From a virus, in IMG/VR virus record IMGVR_UViG_3300030329_005813, positions 1 to 64,000 of that record: DNA of 64,000 nucleotides; one strand, given 5' to 3'. Every line of letters begins with the position of its first letter. Position 1 is the stretch's first letter. Shown piece after piece: positions 7,667 through 15,006 of this stretch. The notes beneath the pieces were generated by a model. That model ran no database searches. It saw only the letters and a program-made list of their open reading frames with translations, and had not been told where the DNA came from. The position numbers and the translations under genes are program-made.

Positions 7667-8488
7667 TTATCGCTTCCTGGCCTTCTTGAGCCAACGCTCT
7701 TCGACGAAGACGGGCAAGACTTCACCGAAGAAAAGCACGGAGTAAACTTTACTTCCACGAGCAGGGCTAATAACCGGGGCTGCATTAGACTTGATGACAA
7801 CACCGGTTTTAGCTTGCATCTCGGAGATAGGGTACACGTCTGCGGCGTTGACGGCGCGGCGGATCTTCGCGTTGGCGCGAAGAGCTACGTGAGAACCGGC
7901 AGCAAACTTAGCTTCTGACAAAGTGCTCTCGATAACCTTGGTTGTATACTTGTTTTCGACCATCTTGGCATATGCCTTCTGGGAAGGGACAAATGTATCA
8001 TCTTCAATGGCTTTTCGCGCAAGATCACCGAAGTAAGGGGGATTTGCGAGGTAGTAGTGTGCAGCGATGATCATTTTCTCGCGCATCTCGGAAGTAAAGG
8101 AAGAAGCCCAGTTATCACGGACAGCCTGGGCCTCGTCGCTGTGACGAGCCTCGACCTTCGCGAGAATCTCCTTTTGACGCGGAGAAAGCTCACGACCAGC
8201 GAGAAGTTGGCCTCGAAGGCTGCCAATGAAGTCAACAGCCCAGGCGTCGCCAGCAATACGAGCGCGAAATTCTGTAGTTGAAAGCTGTGTTTCAAGCTCT
8301 TTCTCGATGGTCGCAGGTGGCGCGTTCAAGCGCTCCTCGATTTGCAGGAGACAACGCCGACGACCGGGCGACAGAGACTTACGTCGGTGGTAGTGCGTCT
8401 GAAGCGACTCCACGAAAATGCGCTCGCGACCTTGAATACGGGCGTCGGCGAGGATAGCGTCGAAGATGGGCTGAATACGTCGGGCCAT
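7667..8488 (-). CDS. Hypothetical protein with C-terminal SH3-like segment
   Basis: 273-aa ORF with RBS and own promoter. Confidence 0.75.
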   Translation of the reverse strand: MARRIQPIFDAILADARIQGRERIFVESLQTHYHRRKSLSPGRRRCLLQIEERLNAPPATIEKELETQLSTTEFRARIAGDAWAVDFIGSLRGQLLAGRELSPRQKEILAKVEARHSDEAQAVRDNWASSFTSEMREKMIIAAHYYLANPPYFGDLARKAIEDDTFVPSQKAYAKMVENKYTTKVIESTLSEAKFAAGSHVALRANAKIRRAVNAADVYPISEMQAKTGVVIKSNAAPVISPARGSKVYSVLFFGEVLPVFVEERWLKKARKR

Positions 8489-8513
8489 GTAGTTCTCTCC
8501 TGTCTACCCCATA

Positions 8514-8569
8514 ATTATACACCCGATGGGGCCACGGGTCAAGAATCTTTTTGTCAAGAGAATGTTAAG
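8514..8569 (-). promoter_or_regulatory. Early promoter with tandem upstream element
   Basis: TTGACC-17-TATAAT; TGTCAAG-AGAA-TGTTAAG at 8552-8569. Confidence 0.8.
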
Positions 8570-8597
8570 GCTTAAAACCTAGATATTTCCTTTAATA

Positions 8598-9314
8598 TTA
8601 CCAGATGCCAAGATCAAATGCCTCTGGGTCGAACTCCTGGGTGAACGCCCCATACATATCTTTCATCGAGTAGAGGTCTGACTTCTTATTCTTAAAAAGC
8701 TTGTGCAATCCTAGGGTTCCGTCCAAAAACTCTGGCGGGACCGTAGACCGAATACGATTTTCGTTGGTTCGAACTACAATATTGTAATCCACACCGAACT
8801 CATAGCCGGTGACGTTGCGCGGAAGGCGAGTCCTGGACCAGTACCTGTTGTCCAAAACGCCCTTAGATAGACGATTTTGGTCATCAGCGACGTCGACAAT
8901 GAACATCATCATTTGGCCTTTATTGGCGATATTGACCCGGTTCCAGTCGATACCAGTGACGAGCCACACGGTATCTTCGGCTTGAATCATCGAGCCTGGA
9001 CCGAAACCATGGTTAACCAACTTGTCGACAAATGCGCTTCGATACTTAGCATTGATGACGCGAAAGCTTTCGATTGCGTCTTTAAGCCTGGAACAACCTG
9101 CTCTATTGTGGCCTCGCTCGCCACAGTAGGTACAACGTCGATTTTTAGCCGATGCGGCCTTCTTCGCCTTCTGCGCGTCATAACGACGGACGAGGTAGGA
9201 ATCGGGGTCGATCTCGCGGCGGCGCTCAATATAACGCTTGTAAACTGGGCAACCAGCTTTGTTATGGCCGGTCGTGCCGCAGTGAGAGCAAGAGATGATA
9301 CGTTTATAGCTCAT
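8598..9314 (-). CDS. Tandem CCHC zinc-knuckle protein
   Basis: CSHCGTTGHNKAGC and CTYCGERGHNRAGC; start moved to MSYKR. Confidence 0.75.
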   Translation of the reverse strand: MSYKRIISCSHCGTTGHNKAGCPVYKRYIERRREIDPDSYLVRRYDAQKAKKAASAKNRRCTYCGERGHNRAGCSRLKDAIESFRVINAKYRSAFVDKLVNHGFGPGSMIQAEDTVWLVTGIDWNRVNIANKGQMMMFIVDVADDQNRLSKGVLDNRYWSRTRLPRNVTGYEFGVDYNIVVRTNENRIRSTVPPEFLDGTLGLHKLFKNKKSDLYSMKDMYGAFTQEFDPEAFDLGIW

Positions 9315-9372
9315 TTTTTCCTCGAAAAGTAGGGATTCTGGGGTGTCGGGAACTTTCCCGACCGTTACAGTA

Positions 9373-9428
9373 ATTATACACCCAATCGGGTACAAAGTCC
9401 AGAACAAAATTGTCAATAGAATGTCAAG
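9373..9428 (-). promoter_or_regulatory. Early promoter with tandem upstream element
   Basis: TGGACT-17-TATAAT; TGTCAAT-AGAA-TGTCAAG at 9411-9428. Confidence 0.75.
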
Positions 9429-9456
9429 GGGCAAAAAGCCCCTTTAAAACTTTACT

Positions 9457-10179
9457 TTACGCAGCTAAAGGAACCAACATTTTGGCGCTGATGGTGCCCT
9501 CGCTCATTTCATCGAGCCAAAAAACAGTTATCTTGTAGTTTTCTAAGAGTTCCTGCTCCACGACAGACTTAACAATCCCCTTGCGGTGGGCGTCCGGGGC
9601 TGGAGGCCAAGCGACCCCAAGGGGCTGAACGAGATCACCAACCTTAAAAACGTAGGTAAATGGCTCCTTTTCTGGCGCTGGAGGGGCAGCCGCTTTGACG
9701 GCTGTATTGAGGCGACGCGCAGTCTTTGGCTTTGAACCTGTCTTTTTCTTGCGTGGCACCCATCGTTTCTTCGAGGGCTTGACAGGCAACGCGAGAAAAC
9801 CTTCATCGTTCGCCCGCTTTCGAGCAGTGCTGTAGGTTTTTCGCATCGCTTCGAGCAGGCGACCGGTGATAGCTTCCATATCACCCGTTCGGTTGATACG
9901 GGTGCTCTTGACCAAACCACGGCTTTGACCAGTACTATTAGTGTACACCGCGCAGACGCGAATGGCATCCTCCCCGACAGTACGCATCTCGCCGTTGAGA
10001 ATCGAGGTTAAAACTCGAATCTTAGCTGACCCGTTGGAAACTCCGTCGACGTCGCGGCAATACACATCTTCGTTTCTAGAGGGGCCTTCGAGAGAAAACC
10101 CGCTTCCTTTCAACATCTTCGCGATGCGCTTGGCGAGGGTCTTACGGTGCTGCTTATTGTTGGGGTTGTAGCGTGGCAT
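9457..10179 (-). CDS. Hypothetical protein with basic linker and C-terminal SH3-like domain (FKVGDLV...VFW)
   Basis: ORF track translation; GGAG RBS. Confidence 0.7.
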   Translation of the reverse strand: MPRYNPNNKQHRKTLAKRIAKMLKGSGFSLEGPSRNEDVYCRDVDGVSNGSAKIRVLTSILNGEMRTVGEDAIRVCAVYTNSTGQSRGLVKSTRINRTGDMEAITGRLLEAMRKTYSTARKRANDEGFLALPVKPSKKRWVPRKKKTGSKPKTARRLNTAVKAAAPPAPEKEPFTYVFKVGDLVQPLGVAWPPAPDAHRKGIVKSVVEQELLENYKITVFWLDEMSEGTISAKMLVPLAA

Positions 10180-10205
10180 GTAGTGAATCTCCAAATTACA
10201 CGTAC

Positions 10206-10266
10206 ATTATACAGGAAAATGTCGTCAATGTCAAGAAGAATCTTCTCTCTTGACCTTCTCTTTACA
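10206..10266 (-). promoter_or_regulatory. Early promoter with inverted tandem upstream element
   Basis: TTGACA-17-TATAAT; CTTGACC-TTCT-CTTTACA (+) at 10249-10266. Confidence 0.8.
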
Positions 10267-10284
10267 TTTCAAAATTGCCCTCGT

Positions 10285-10479
10285 TTAACTTAGCTTTTTA
10301 AAAAGATCTGGATATTCCCAAACTTGCAGGCCGGTTTTGACCCACTGTATACGCATGCGGTCTGGTGGGTGCGGAGTTTTCATCGGCGGCTGTATTTCCA
10401 CGACCAAAGCCAATTTTTCGCCCTTGAATCTTATCCGCTGTACAGCGGCCTCAATTAAGTCTCCAGGTTTAAACTTCAT
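10285..10479 (-). CDS. Small SH3/KOW-like protein
   Basis: FKPGDLI...IQW. Confidence 0.65.
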   Translation of the reverse strand: MKFKPGDLIEAAVQRIRFKGEKLALVVEIQPPMKTPHPPDRMRIQWVKTGLQVWEYPDLFKKLS

Positions 10480-10664
10480 TTTTCTACCCTCACTAAATCT
10501 CTAAGATCAAATAGCTGTTTCTTCCCTACTTTTGGGCCAGTGAGCCATATGACCATAGCCTTCTCGATAATACGACCAGCACCGTAATCGAGCCTTTGAA
10601 CCTTGGCAATCGAGCCTAGAGCGAGTCTATTGCCCTTGTAGCAAACCAAATCACCTTTTTGCAC
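10476..10664 (-). CDS. Small SH3/KOW-like protein
   Basis: KGDLV...VIW. Confidence 0.65.
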   Translation of the reverse strand: MQKGDLVCYKGNRLALGSIAKVQRLDYGAGRIIEKAMVIWLTGPKVGKKQLFDLRDLVRVEK

Positions 10665-10881
10665 TTACAACCTCCAGATCCTGGTTCCAGTAGCGCCGGT
10701 AGTGTTGCTGTAGCATCGGGTGGACTTTATCAGTTAGAAACAGGACTTTAAAAAGAGTCGCTTCCGCTTTATAGGCCCAGTCGCTGGCGAGATGCTTTTC
10801 GATCTTTACGATCATAGCGAGCGAATTACTTGGAACACCGACGGAAGCTCGCTTTATTCGTACTAAATCACCGGGTCGCAC
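10651..10881 (-). CDS. Small SH3/KOW-like protein
   Basis: RPGDLV...LEVVS. Confidence 0.65.
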   Translation of the reverse strand: MRPGDLVRIKRASVGVPSNSLAMIVKIEKHLASDWAYKAEATLFKVLFLTDKVHPMLQQHYRRYWNQDLEVVSAKR

Positions 10882-11053
10882 TGATCACCTCCAAATACTT
10901 ATCTTCAACAACTTCTTCTTTTTTTGCCGTTCCAAACCAGCGAACCATCCACCAACGTGGATGTTTTTTCCCGACGTATGCGGAGCGCAAAACAAGGCCG
11001 CGTGGACGTTGGCCTTCTCCGTAGGTTCTACGCACTATATCGCCGGGTTTCAC
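10868..11053 (-). CDS. Small SH3/KOW-like protein
   Basis: KPGDIV...VRW...LEVIS. Confidence 0.65.
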   Translation of the reverse strand: MKPGDIVRRTYGEGQRPRGLVLRSAYVGKKHPRWWMVRWFGTAKKEEVVEDKYLEVISATR

Positions 11054-11451
11054 TATTCACCTTCCGATTCTGCTGAAGGAATAGTCGAAAATTCATCGGC
11101 TTCTACCTCCGAAATCGTCAAAAAACCTCCAGGAAAAGCCGCTACAGCATCTTCCCAAGACATATCACCTGAAAGAAAAGATTGAAGCTCTTCTTTGGTC
11201 ATCTCGCTAATGTTAACAGTTAATTCTGTAGTTTTATTCACTGTTTTCTCCGAATGGTTGTTCAAAATTTCTAAATCCGAAACCCACGAAAACCAAGGTT
11301 TGGGCCGGGATATCCACTGAACCCAGCAGCACCACATACCATACTCATCCTCTTCTGAGTCCTTGATAACAATGCCAATACCTAGCTTTTTGGCGTCTCC
11401 CTCGACCGTTCCCGGCCTAGCCTTGACCAAAGTTCCCTTCTTAACTTTCAT
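11053..11451 (-). CDS. SH3/KOW-like protein with acidic C-terminal extension
   Basis: KKGTLV...GIGIVI...VQW...DLEIL. Confidence 0.65.
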   Translation of the reverse strand: MKVKKGTLVKARPGTVEGDAKKLGIGIVIKDSEEDEYGMWCCWVQWISRPKPWFSWVSDLEILNNHSEKTVNKTTELTVNISEMTKEELQSFLSGDMSWEDAVAAFPGGFLTISEVEADEFSTIPSAESEGE

Positions 11452-11762
11452 TTAAACCATCCTTGGGTCTTGTCGAAAGATGGGTTAAGAGTTACCTTTT
11501 CGTCTGATGGCGTTGGGTTCCAAACCCAAAATCGGCGTTTCTTGGTACCAATCTGATGAAGGCCGTGAGGCGCCGGACCTCCAAGACCATTCTTGCGAGA
11601 TTGCCCTTTCGAAGAGAAGATTCCAGCTTCGACTGCCATAGCAGCCAGATCTTCAGATTCAACCTTAATAATTTGCTCGTGGCCCTCGAAGGGGCCAAAA
11701 ACTGCTTCAATATCCTTATCCGAAACTGGACTTTGGGCGGATTCGACAACAAAGTGTAGCAA
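11448..11762 (-). CDS. Stand-alone protein resembling the TyrRS C-terminal S4-like domain
   Basis: DLAAMAVEAGIFSSKGQSRKNG...HQIGTKKRRF. Confidence 0.55.
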   Translation of the reverse strand: MLHFVVESAQSPVSDKDIEAVFGPFEGHEQIIKVESEDLAAMAVEAGIFSSKGQSRKNGLGGPAPHGLHQIGTKKRRFWVWNPTPSDEKVTLNPSFDKTQGWFK

Positions 11763-11785
11763 GCGGTTCTCCTGTTTACCCCATA

Positions 11786-11841
11786 ATTATACACCCGTGG
11801 GCCTACGAAGTCAATAGCGAAGTTGTCAAGCGAATGTCAAC
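11786..11841 (-). promoter_or_regulatory. Early promoter with tandem upstream element
   Basis: TTGACT-17-TATAAT; TGTCAAG-CGAA-TGTCAAC at 11824-11841. Confidence 0.8.
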
Positions 11842-12259
11842 AACAATAATTGGTCATCAAATGCAGGTTATCGGGCTCTAGCTCCGAAAGGTAGTCTTCA
11901 AAGGCTTTATCGTCGTGAATGCTCCAATCTTCGCCTTCTTCCTCATCTTCTACGTTTTCGTCGAAAGAGTCGATTCGAGCTTGGGTTTCGCGATCTTTGA
12001 TGAGCACGTTATTTTCCCGCGTGTAAGCTGCAATATCACGCAGCGTTTCCTCGGCCTCTGTGGCTCTCCTGAGAGCATCCTGGACCTCTGACGGGTCCAT
12101 AGTCGTCTCGGGCTCTACCTGGGCCGTCACGGCGCTCTGTGGGCCTGTAAGGATAGCTACGACCTTACCGTGCTTGGTTACCTGGACCGGGCCAGACTCT
12201 AGGTCTTGAAGCAGGCTGGAAAATTGAACTCTGATTTCGGATGCGGTGATTGTCTTCAA
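11837..12259 (-). CDS. Phd/YefM-family antitoxin-like protein with long acidic tail
   Basis: MKTITASEIRVQFSSLLQDLESGPVQVTKHGKVVAIL fits the Phd/YefM N-terminal pattern. Confidence 0.7.
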   Translation of the reverse strand: MKTITASEIRVQFSSLLQDLESGPVQVTKHGKVVAILTGPQSAVTAQVEPETTMDPSEVQDALRRATEAEETLRDIAAYTRENNVLIKDRETQARIDSFDENVEDEEEGEDWSIHDDKAFEDYLSELEPDNLHLMTNYCC

Positions 12260-12317
12260 GATAACTCCATAATGGATGATTGATTTTTGGCCATTGGCCG
12301 ATTGCTAAGGTTAAAAG

Positions 12318-12402
12318 CGGAGAAGGTGAGATTCGAACTCACGGTGCCTTTCGGCACGTCGGTTTTCAAGACCGATACCTTAAACCACTCGGTCACTTCT
12401 CC
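12318..12402 (-). tRNA. tRNA-Ser(UGA)
   Basis: GGAGAAG/CTTCTCC acceptor, G discriminator, TCGGT-CTTGAAA-ACCGA anticodon arm, long variable arm GTGCCGAAAGGCAC. Confidence 0.93.
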
Positions 12403-12412
12403 AGGTTGTAAG

Positions 12413-12495
12413 TAGCTGAGGCGGGATTCGAACCCGCAAGCCCGATGGGGCGTCAGATTTTAAGTCTGATGTGTATTCCATTCCACCACTCAGCC
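12413..12495 (-). tRNA. tRNA-Leu(UAA)
   Basis: GGCTGAG/CTCAGCT acceptor, TCAGA-CTTAAAA-TCTGA anticodon arm, variable arm, TTCGAAT T-loop; TTGACT-17-TACAAT promoter directly upstream. Confidence 0.92.
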
Positions 12496-12523
12496 ATAAT
12501 TGTATTTGCCCTTGTTTTTTAAG

Positions 12524-12790
12524 TCAAGTTAGAGCCTCTTTATTTTGTTTTTTGTGTACGCTATACACCAGATGTGCGGCGGATAGCAAGAAAGTAATAG
12601 CGAGATTGGGATCCCAGACCGGCAAAAAGAGAGCTACAACTGACCAAATGGCGTAATAGTATAACGCAAAAATCGTGATTGTAGCACACGTAGCAACGTG
12701 AATGCTAAGGGCAATCTGCCTTTTCAGGCGACCGGTGGGGTCTTTTTCCGCCGCCTCTTTAAGTTTCGCCATGGAAGGTAGTTTTCTCAT
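12524..12790 (-). CDS. Small membrane protein
   Basis: Two hydrophobic segments. Confidence 0.6.
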   Translation of the reverse strand: MRKLPSMAKLKEAAEKDPTGRLKRQIALSIHVATCATITIFALYYYAIWSVVALFLPVWDPNLAITFLLSAAHLVYSVHKKQNKEALT

Positions 12791-12799
12791 AGTGTTCCT

Positions 12800-12976
12800 C
12801 TAAAAAGGGATTTCGGGATCTAGATCGGCGGGAGCCGGGTCATAGTCAGGGTCCATCCCGTAAGATGGCTCATCGTGATAGTTCTCCTCTTCATATTCGC
12901 TTTGGGCGAATTCAGAGGAAAGGTCGAAACCGTCGAAGATAACGGTTGGCATTGGCTTTTCGTGCATGTACGGCAT
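12800..12976 (-). CDS. 58-aa acidic peptide ending DLDPEIPF (SSB C-terminal tip-like); not in ORF track
   Basis: AAAGGAG RBS 6 nt before ATG; first gene after the promoter at 13001-13056. Confidence 0.7.
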   Translation of the reverse strand: MPYMHEKPMPTVIFDGFDLSSEFAQSEYEEENYHDEPSYGMDPDYDPAPADLDPEIPF

Positions 12977-13000
12977 GTAGAACTCCTTTCTAGCCCCATA

Positions 13001-13056
13001 ATTATAGCACCGATAGGGCGGCAGGTCAATAGTTAAATTGTTAAGGAAATGTCAAG
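13001..13056 (-). promoter_or_regulatory. Early promoter with tandem upstream element
   Basis: TTGACC-17-TATAAT with extended TG; TGTTAAG-GAAA-TGTCAAG at 13039-13056. Confidence 0.8.
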
Positions 13057-13393
13057 AGGCAAAAGCATCCTTTAAATGCTTACATTTGCCTCGGAATTTA
13101 AAACCAGGACACGAACAAGTGACTTCGCCCGTAGCCTTCGAGCGCCGCAAAGTATAGGTATTACCTCGTGAACCGGTAACTTTAACCTCTTCGAAGTTGT
13201 CCCCTGGCTTGTCCCAAGACATCCATTTAGGTAGGTCTTCCCTGGTAGATCCCGCAGGTATGGGGATCCAAGTTCCGCCCGAGATGGCGTAGGTTATCCC
13301 GCTTGGGAAGGTGGATATCGCCGGACAAGCGTCCACCTTGATGGGGAAGTCAATCTCTGGGTGGGCCTCGATAGGGTCAGGCGTGGCCGGCAT
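13052..13393 (-). CDS. SWIM zinc-finger protein
   Basis: GSRGNTYTL...[14 protein letters not shown] (CxC...CxH). Confidence 0.8.
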   Translation of the reverse strand: MPATPDPIEAHPEIDFPIKVDACPAISTFPSGITYAISGGTWIPIPAGSTREDLPKWMSWDKPGDNFEEVKVTGSRGNTYTLRRSKATGEVTCSCPGFKFRGKCKHLKDAFAS

Positions 13394-13562
13394 AGCTGGC
13401 CTCCAAAGCAGTTTCTAGCTTGTCCAGCAAGTTGTCAAGCGTCTCGATCTTACCATTAACGAGTTCGTCCCCGTGATATAGGGCAACATCTTTTAGGTCT
13501 TCGATGCTATTATTGATACTGTCGATCAAGCTAACAATTTCGTCAGTTGTCAAGTCCATCAT
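13377..13562 (-). CDS. Hypothetical acidic helical protein
   Basis: ORF track; GGAGG RBS. Confidence 0.6.
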   Translation of the reverse strand: MMDLTTDEIVSLIDSINNSIEDLKDVALYHGDELVNGKIETLDNLLDKLETALEASYAGHA

Positions 13563-13746
13563 TGTCGGCCTCCAAAGCCTGTTTAATTTCCTCGTCGGTC
13601 CAACCCGCTTTCTTCAGAAAGTCGATCTGGCTGGGCAAACCTTCATTATTGCTGTTGGCCGCAAACGCTGATGCGGCCTCGCGGACGATCTCGTCCAAGT
13701 CTTCGGGTCCAAGACCCTTTTCCATAACCCAGCTTACAAGGTCCAT
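13543..13746 (-). CDS. Hypothetical protein
   Basis: ORF track; GGAGG RBS. Confidence 0.6.
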   Translation of the reverse strand: MDLVSWVMEKGLGPEDLDEIVREAASAFAANSNNEGLPSQIDFLKKAGWTDEEIKQALEADNDGLDN

Positions 13747-14018
13747 TATTCGGCCTCCAAAGCCGCAGCGTCGCGACCATAGCCATCGGCGTGGGCGCGG
13801 GCAATATGGTACTTGACGAGAGTGTGCATACCCTTTTCAATTCTGTCAAGTCGGTCTGTTTGTACGTGATACAGGGCCAGAAGAAGCCAGATAAGCGCCG
13901 AGATGGCGTGGCCGGTCCAGAAGGAACCCACGAAGGCAACAAAGTAGCCGAAAAGTATTAAATTATCCAATTTCAATCTCCACATAGGGGCGAGTGTGAC
14001 CAGTTGGCGTACTGCCAA
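13746..14018 (-). CDS. Small membrane protein (true start probably slightly downstream)
   Basis: Hydrophobic segments. Confidence 0.5.
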   Translation of the reverse strand: MAVRQLVTLAPMWRLKLDNLILFGYFVAFVGSFWTGHAISALIWLLLALYHVQTDRLDRIEKGMHTLVKYHIARAHADGYGRDAAALEAE

Positions 14019-14194
14019 TCGCTGATTTGGCCGTTTTTACAAAGAGAATCGGTCCAGTCGTTCCAAGCTTCGGAACGGGCGGGCCAGTCAGGCTTGCCGT
14101 CCTGCTCGTACTGATCGATAATCGCAGGAAGAACGTGCTCTTCGAACTGAATACACGCTTGATCCCAGGTAATGACGCGATAAAGGTTTTTCAT
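13973..14194 (-). CDS. Conserved-looking small phage protein (EAWNDWTDSLCKNGQIS...QYANW)
   Basis: AGGAG RBS; Trp-rich motif recalled from small proteins of other phages. Confidence 0.7.
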   Translation of the reverse strand: MKNLYRVITWDQACIQFEEHVLPAIIDQYEQDGKPDWPARSEAWNDWTDSLCKNGQISDWQYANWSHSPLCGD

Positions 14195-14207
14195 ACTATC
14201 TAACTCC

Positions 14208-14369
14208 TTACTTACAGACTTCAGCGTGTGCCAAGTCAGCCATCACTTCAATTGCTTCGTCCAAAGTTTCAAACTCGCCCAGACACTCGGGCTCGCCCAC
14301 CTCTTCGACAAGGCCATCATCTTCATCGATTTCTTCGATGTGAACCCAAATTTTATAAATTTTGCTCAT
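14208..14369 (-). CDS. 53-aa acidic protein (MSKIYKIWVHIEEIDEDD...); not in ORF track
   Basis: Manual translation; GGAG RBS; promoter at 14414-14469. Confidence 0.6.
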   Translation of the reverse strand: MSKIYKIWVHIEEIDEDDGLVEEVGEPECLGEFETLDEAIEVMADLAHAEVCK

Positions 14370-14413
14370 TTTTCAATCTCCACGTTGTGGGGCCATCCCC
14401 AATCAACAAGTAC

Positions 14414-14469
14414 ATTATCTCATAGATTTCGATTTTGTTCAACCTTTAAAATGTTAAAGAAATGTCAAG
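14414..14469 (-). promoter_or_regulatory. Early promoter with tandem upstream element
   Basis: TTGAAC-17-GATAAT with extended TG; TGTTAAA-GAAA-TGTCAAG at 14452-14469. Confidence 0.65.
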
Positions 14470-14477
14470 AGAAAAAA

Positions 14478-14512
14478 CACCCTGCGCGTGAGGATTTCTC
14501 ACGCGCAGGGTG
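14478..14512 (-). terminator. Intrinsic terminator
   Basis: 15-bp perfect stem CACCCTGCGCGTGAG/CTCACGCGCAGGGTG followed by T6 on the minus strand. Confidence 0.85.
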
Positions 14513-14518
14513 GCAGCC

Positions 14519-14695
14519 TTAGATGATTTTGTAGTAAGCCTCATCGGCGTATGCTTCGATGCCGTGGCCAATTACTATCACTGCCTTACCATTTTTTAAA
14601 GGGACAGTTCTTACAGTGCCAGCTTTAATCGTGGTTTTTCCACCGATTGTATCGTATGTGAAATCTCTTGTAAATTCAACTTTTCTGGTTTCCAC
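14519..14695 (-). CDS. 58-aa beta-rich hypothetical protein; not in ORF track
   Basis: AAGGAG RBS, GTG start; lies between a promoter and a terminator. Confidence 0.55.
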   Translation of the reverse strand: METRKVEFTRDFTYDTIGGKTTIKAGTVRTVPLKNGKAVIVIGHGIEAYADEAYYKII

Positions 14696-14763
14696 CTTAA
14701 AAACTCCTTTAAAGAAGTGAGGGTTGCTTTTGCTGTAAGGTCTTCTCTTTACCTTACACTATA

Positions 14764-14819
14764 AATATAAGACCATAGCGAGAAAAGTCAATGCTCTAAA
14801 TTGTAAAGGGAATGTCAAG
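14764..14819 (-). promoter_or_regulatory. Early promoter with tandem upstream element
   Basis: TTGACT-16-TATATT; TGTAAAG-GGAA-TGTCAAG at 14802-14819. Confidence 0.7.
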
Positions 14820-14827
14820 AGAAAAAA

Positions 14828-15002
14828 AGATAGGTGCAAGCTTGGATTCCGCATATCCTCGGTGCGGGACCACCACCCCAGTCAACCTTTAATTGCCTTT
14901 CGACTTCGGTTTTCGTCCATAGTTCCAGTCAGTTTACCCGGCGTTCGTCGTTGACATTGAACGCCACCCATACATACAACATATTGAAACTTGCACCTAT
15001 CT
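14828..15002 (-). ncRNA. Candidate ~175-nt structured non-coding RNA (unclassified; possibly 6S-like)
   Basis: Ends pair as a 13-bp perfect helix (AGATAGGTGCAAG/CTTGCACCTATCT), 16 bp counting one G-U; internal GGCGTTC/GAACGCC and GTC-GAAA-GGC hairpins; no ORF in the track; U-run follows. Confidence 0.55.
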
Positions 15003-15006
15003 AATT

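Noticed and set aside
4290-8575. Long plus-strand ORFs in the track (e.g. 4290-4787, 5226-5711, 7187-7918; also 31906-32499 and 56918-57538)
   Set aside because: They are antisense shadows of codon-biased minus-strand genes, with no recognisable motifs or promoter/RBS support
14828-15002. Retron msr-msd, tmRNA or hammerhead ribozyme
   Set aside because: No reverse transcriptase in the window, no tRNA-like ends or tag ORF, and no CUGANGA core on inspection
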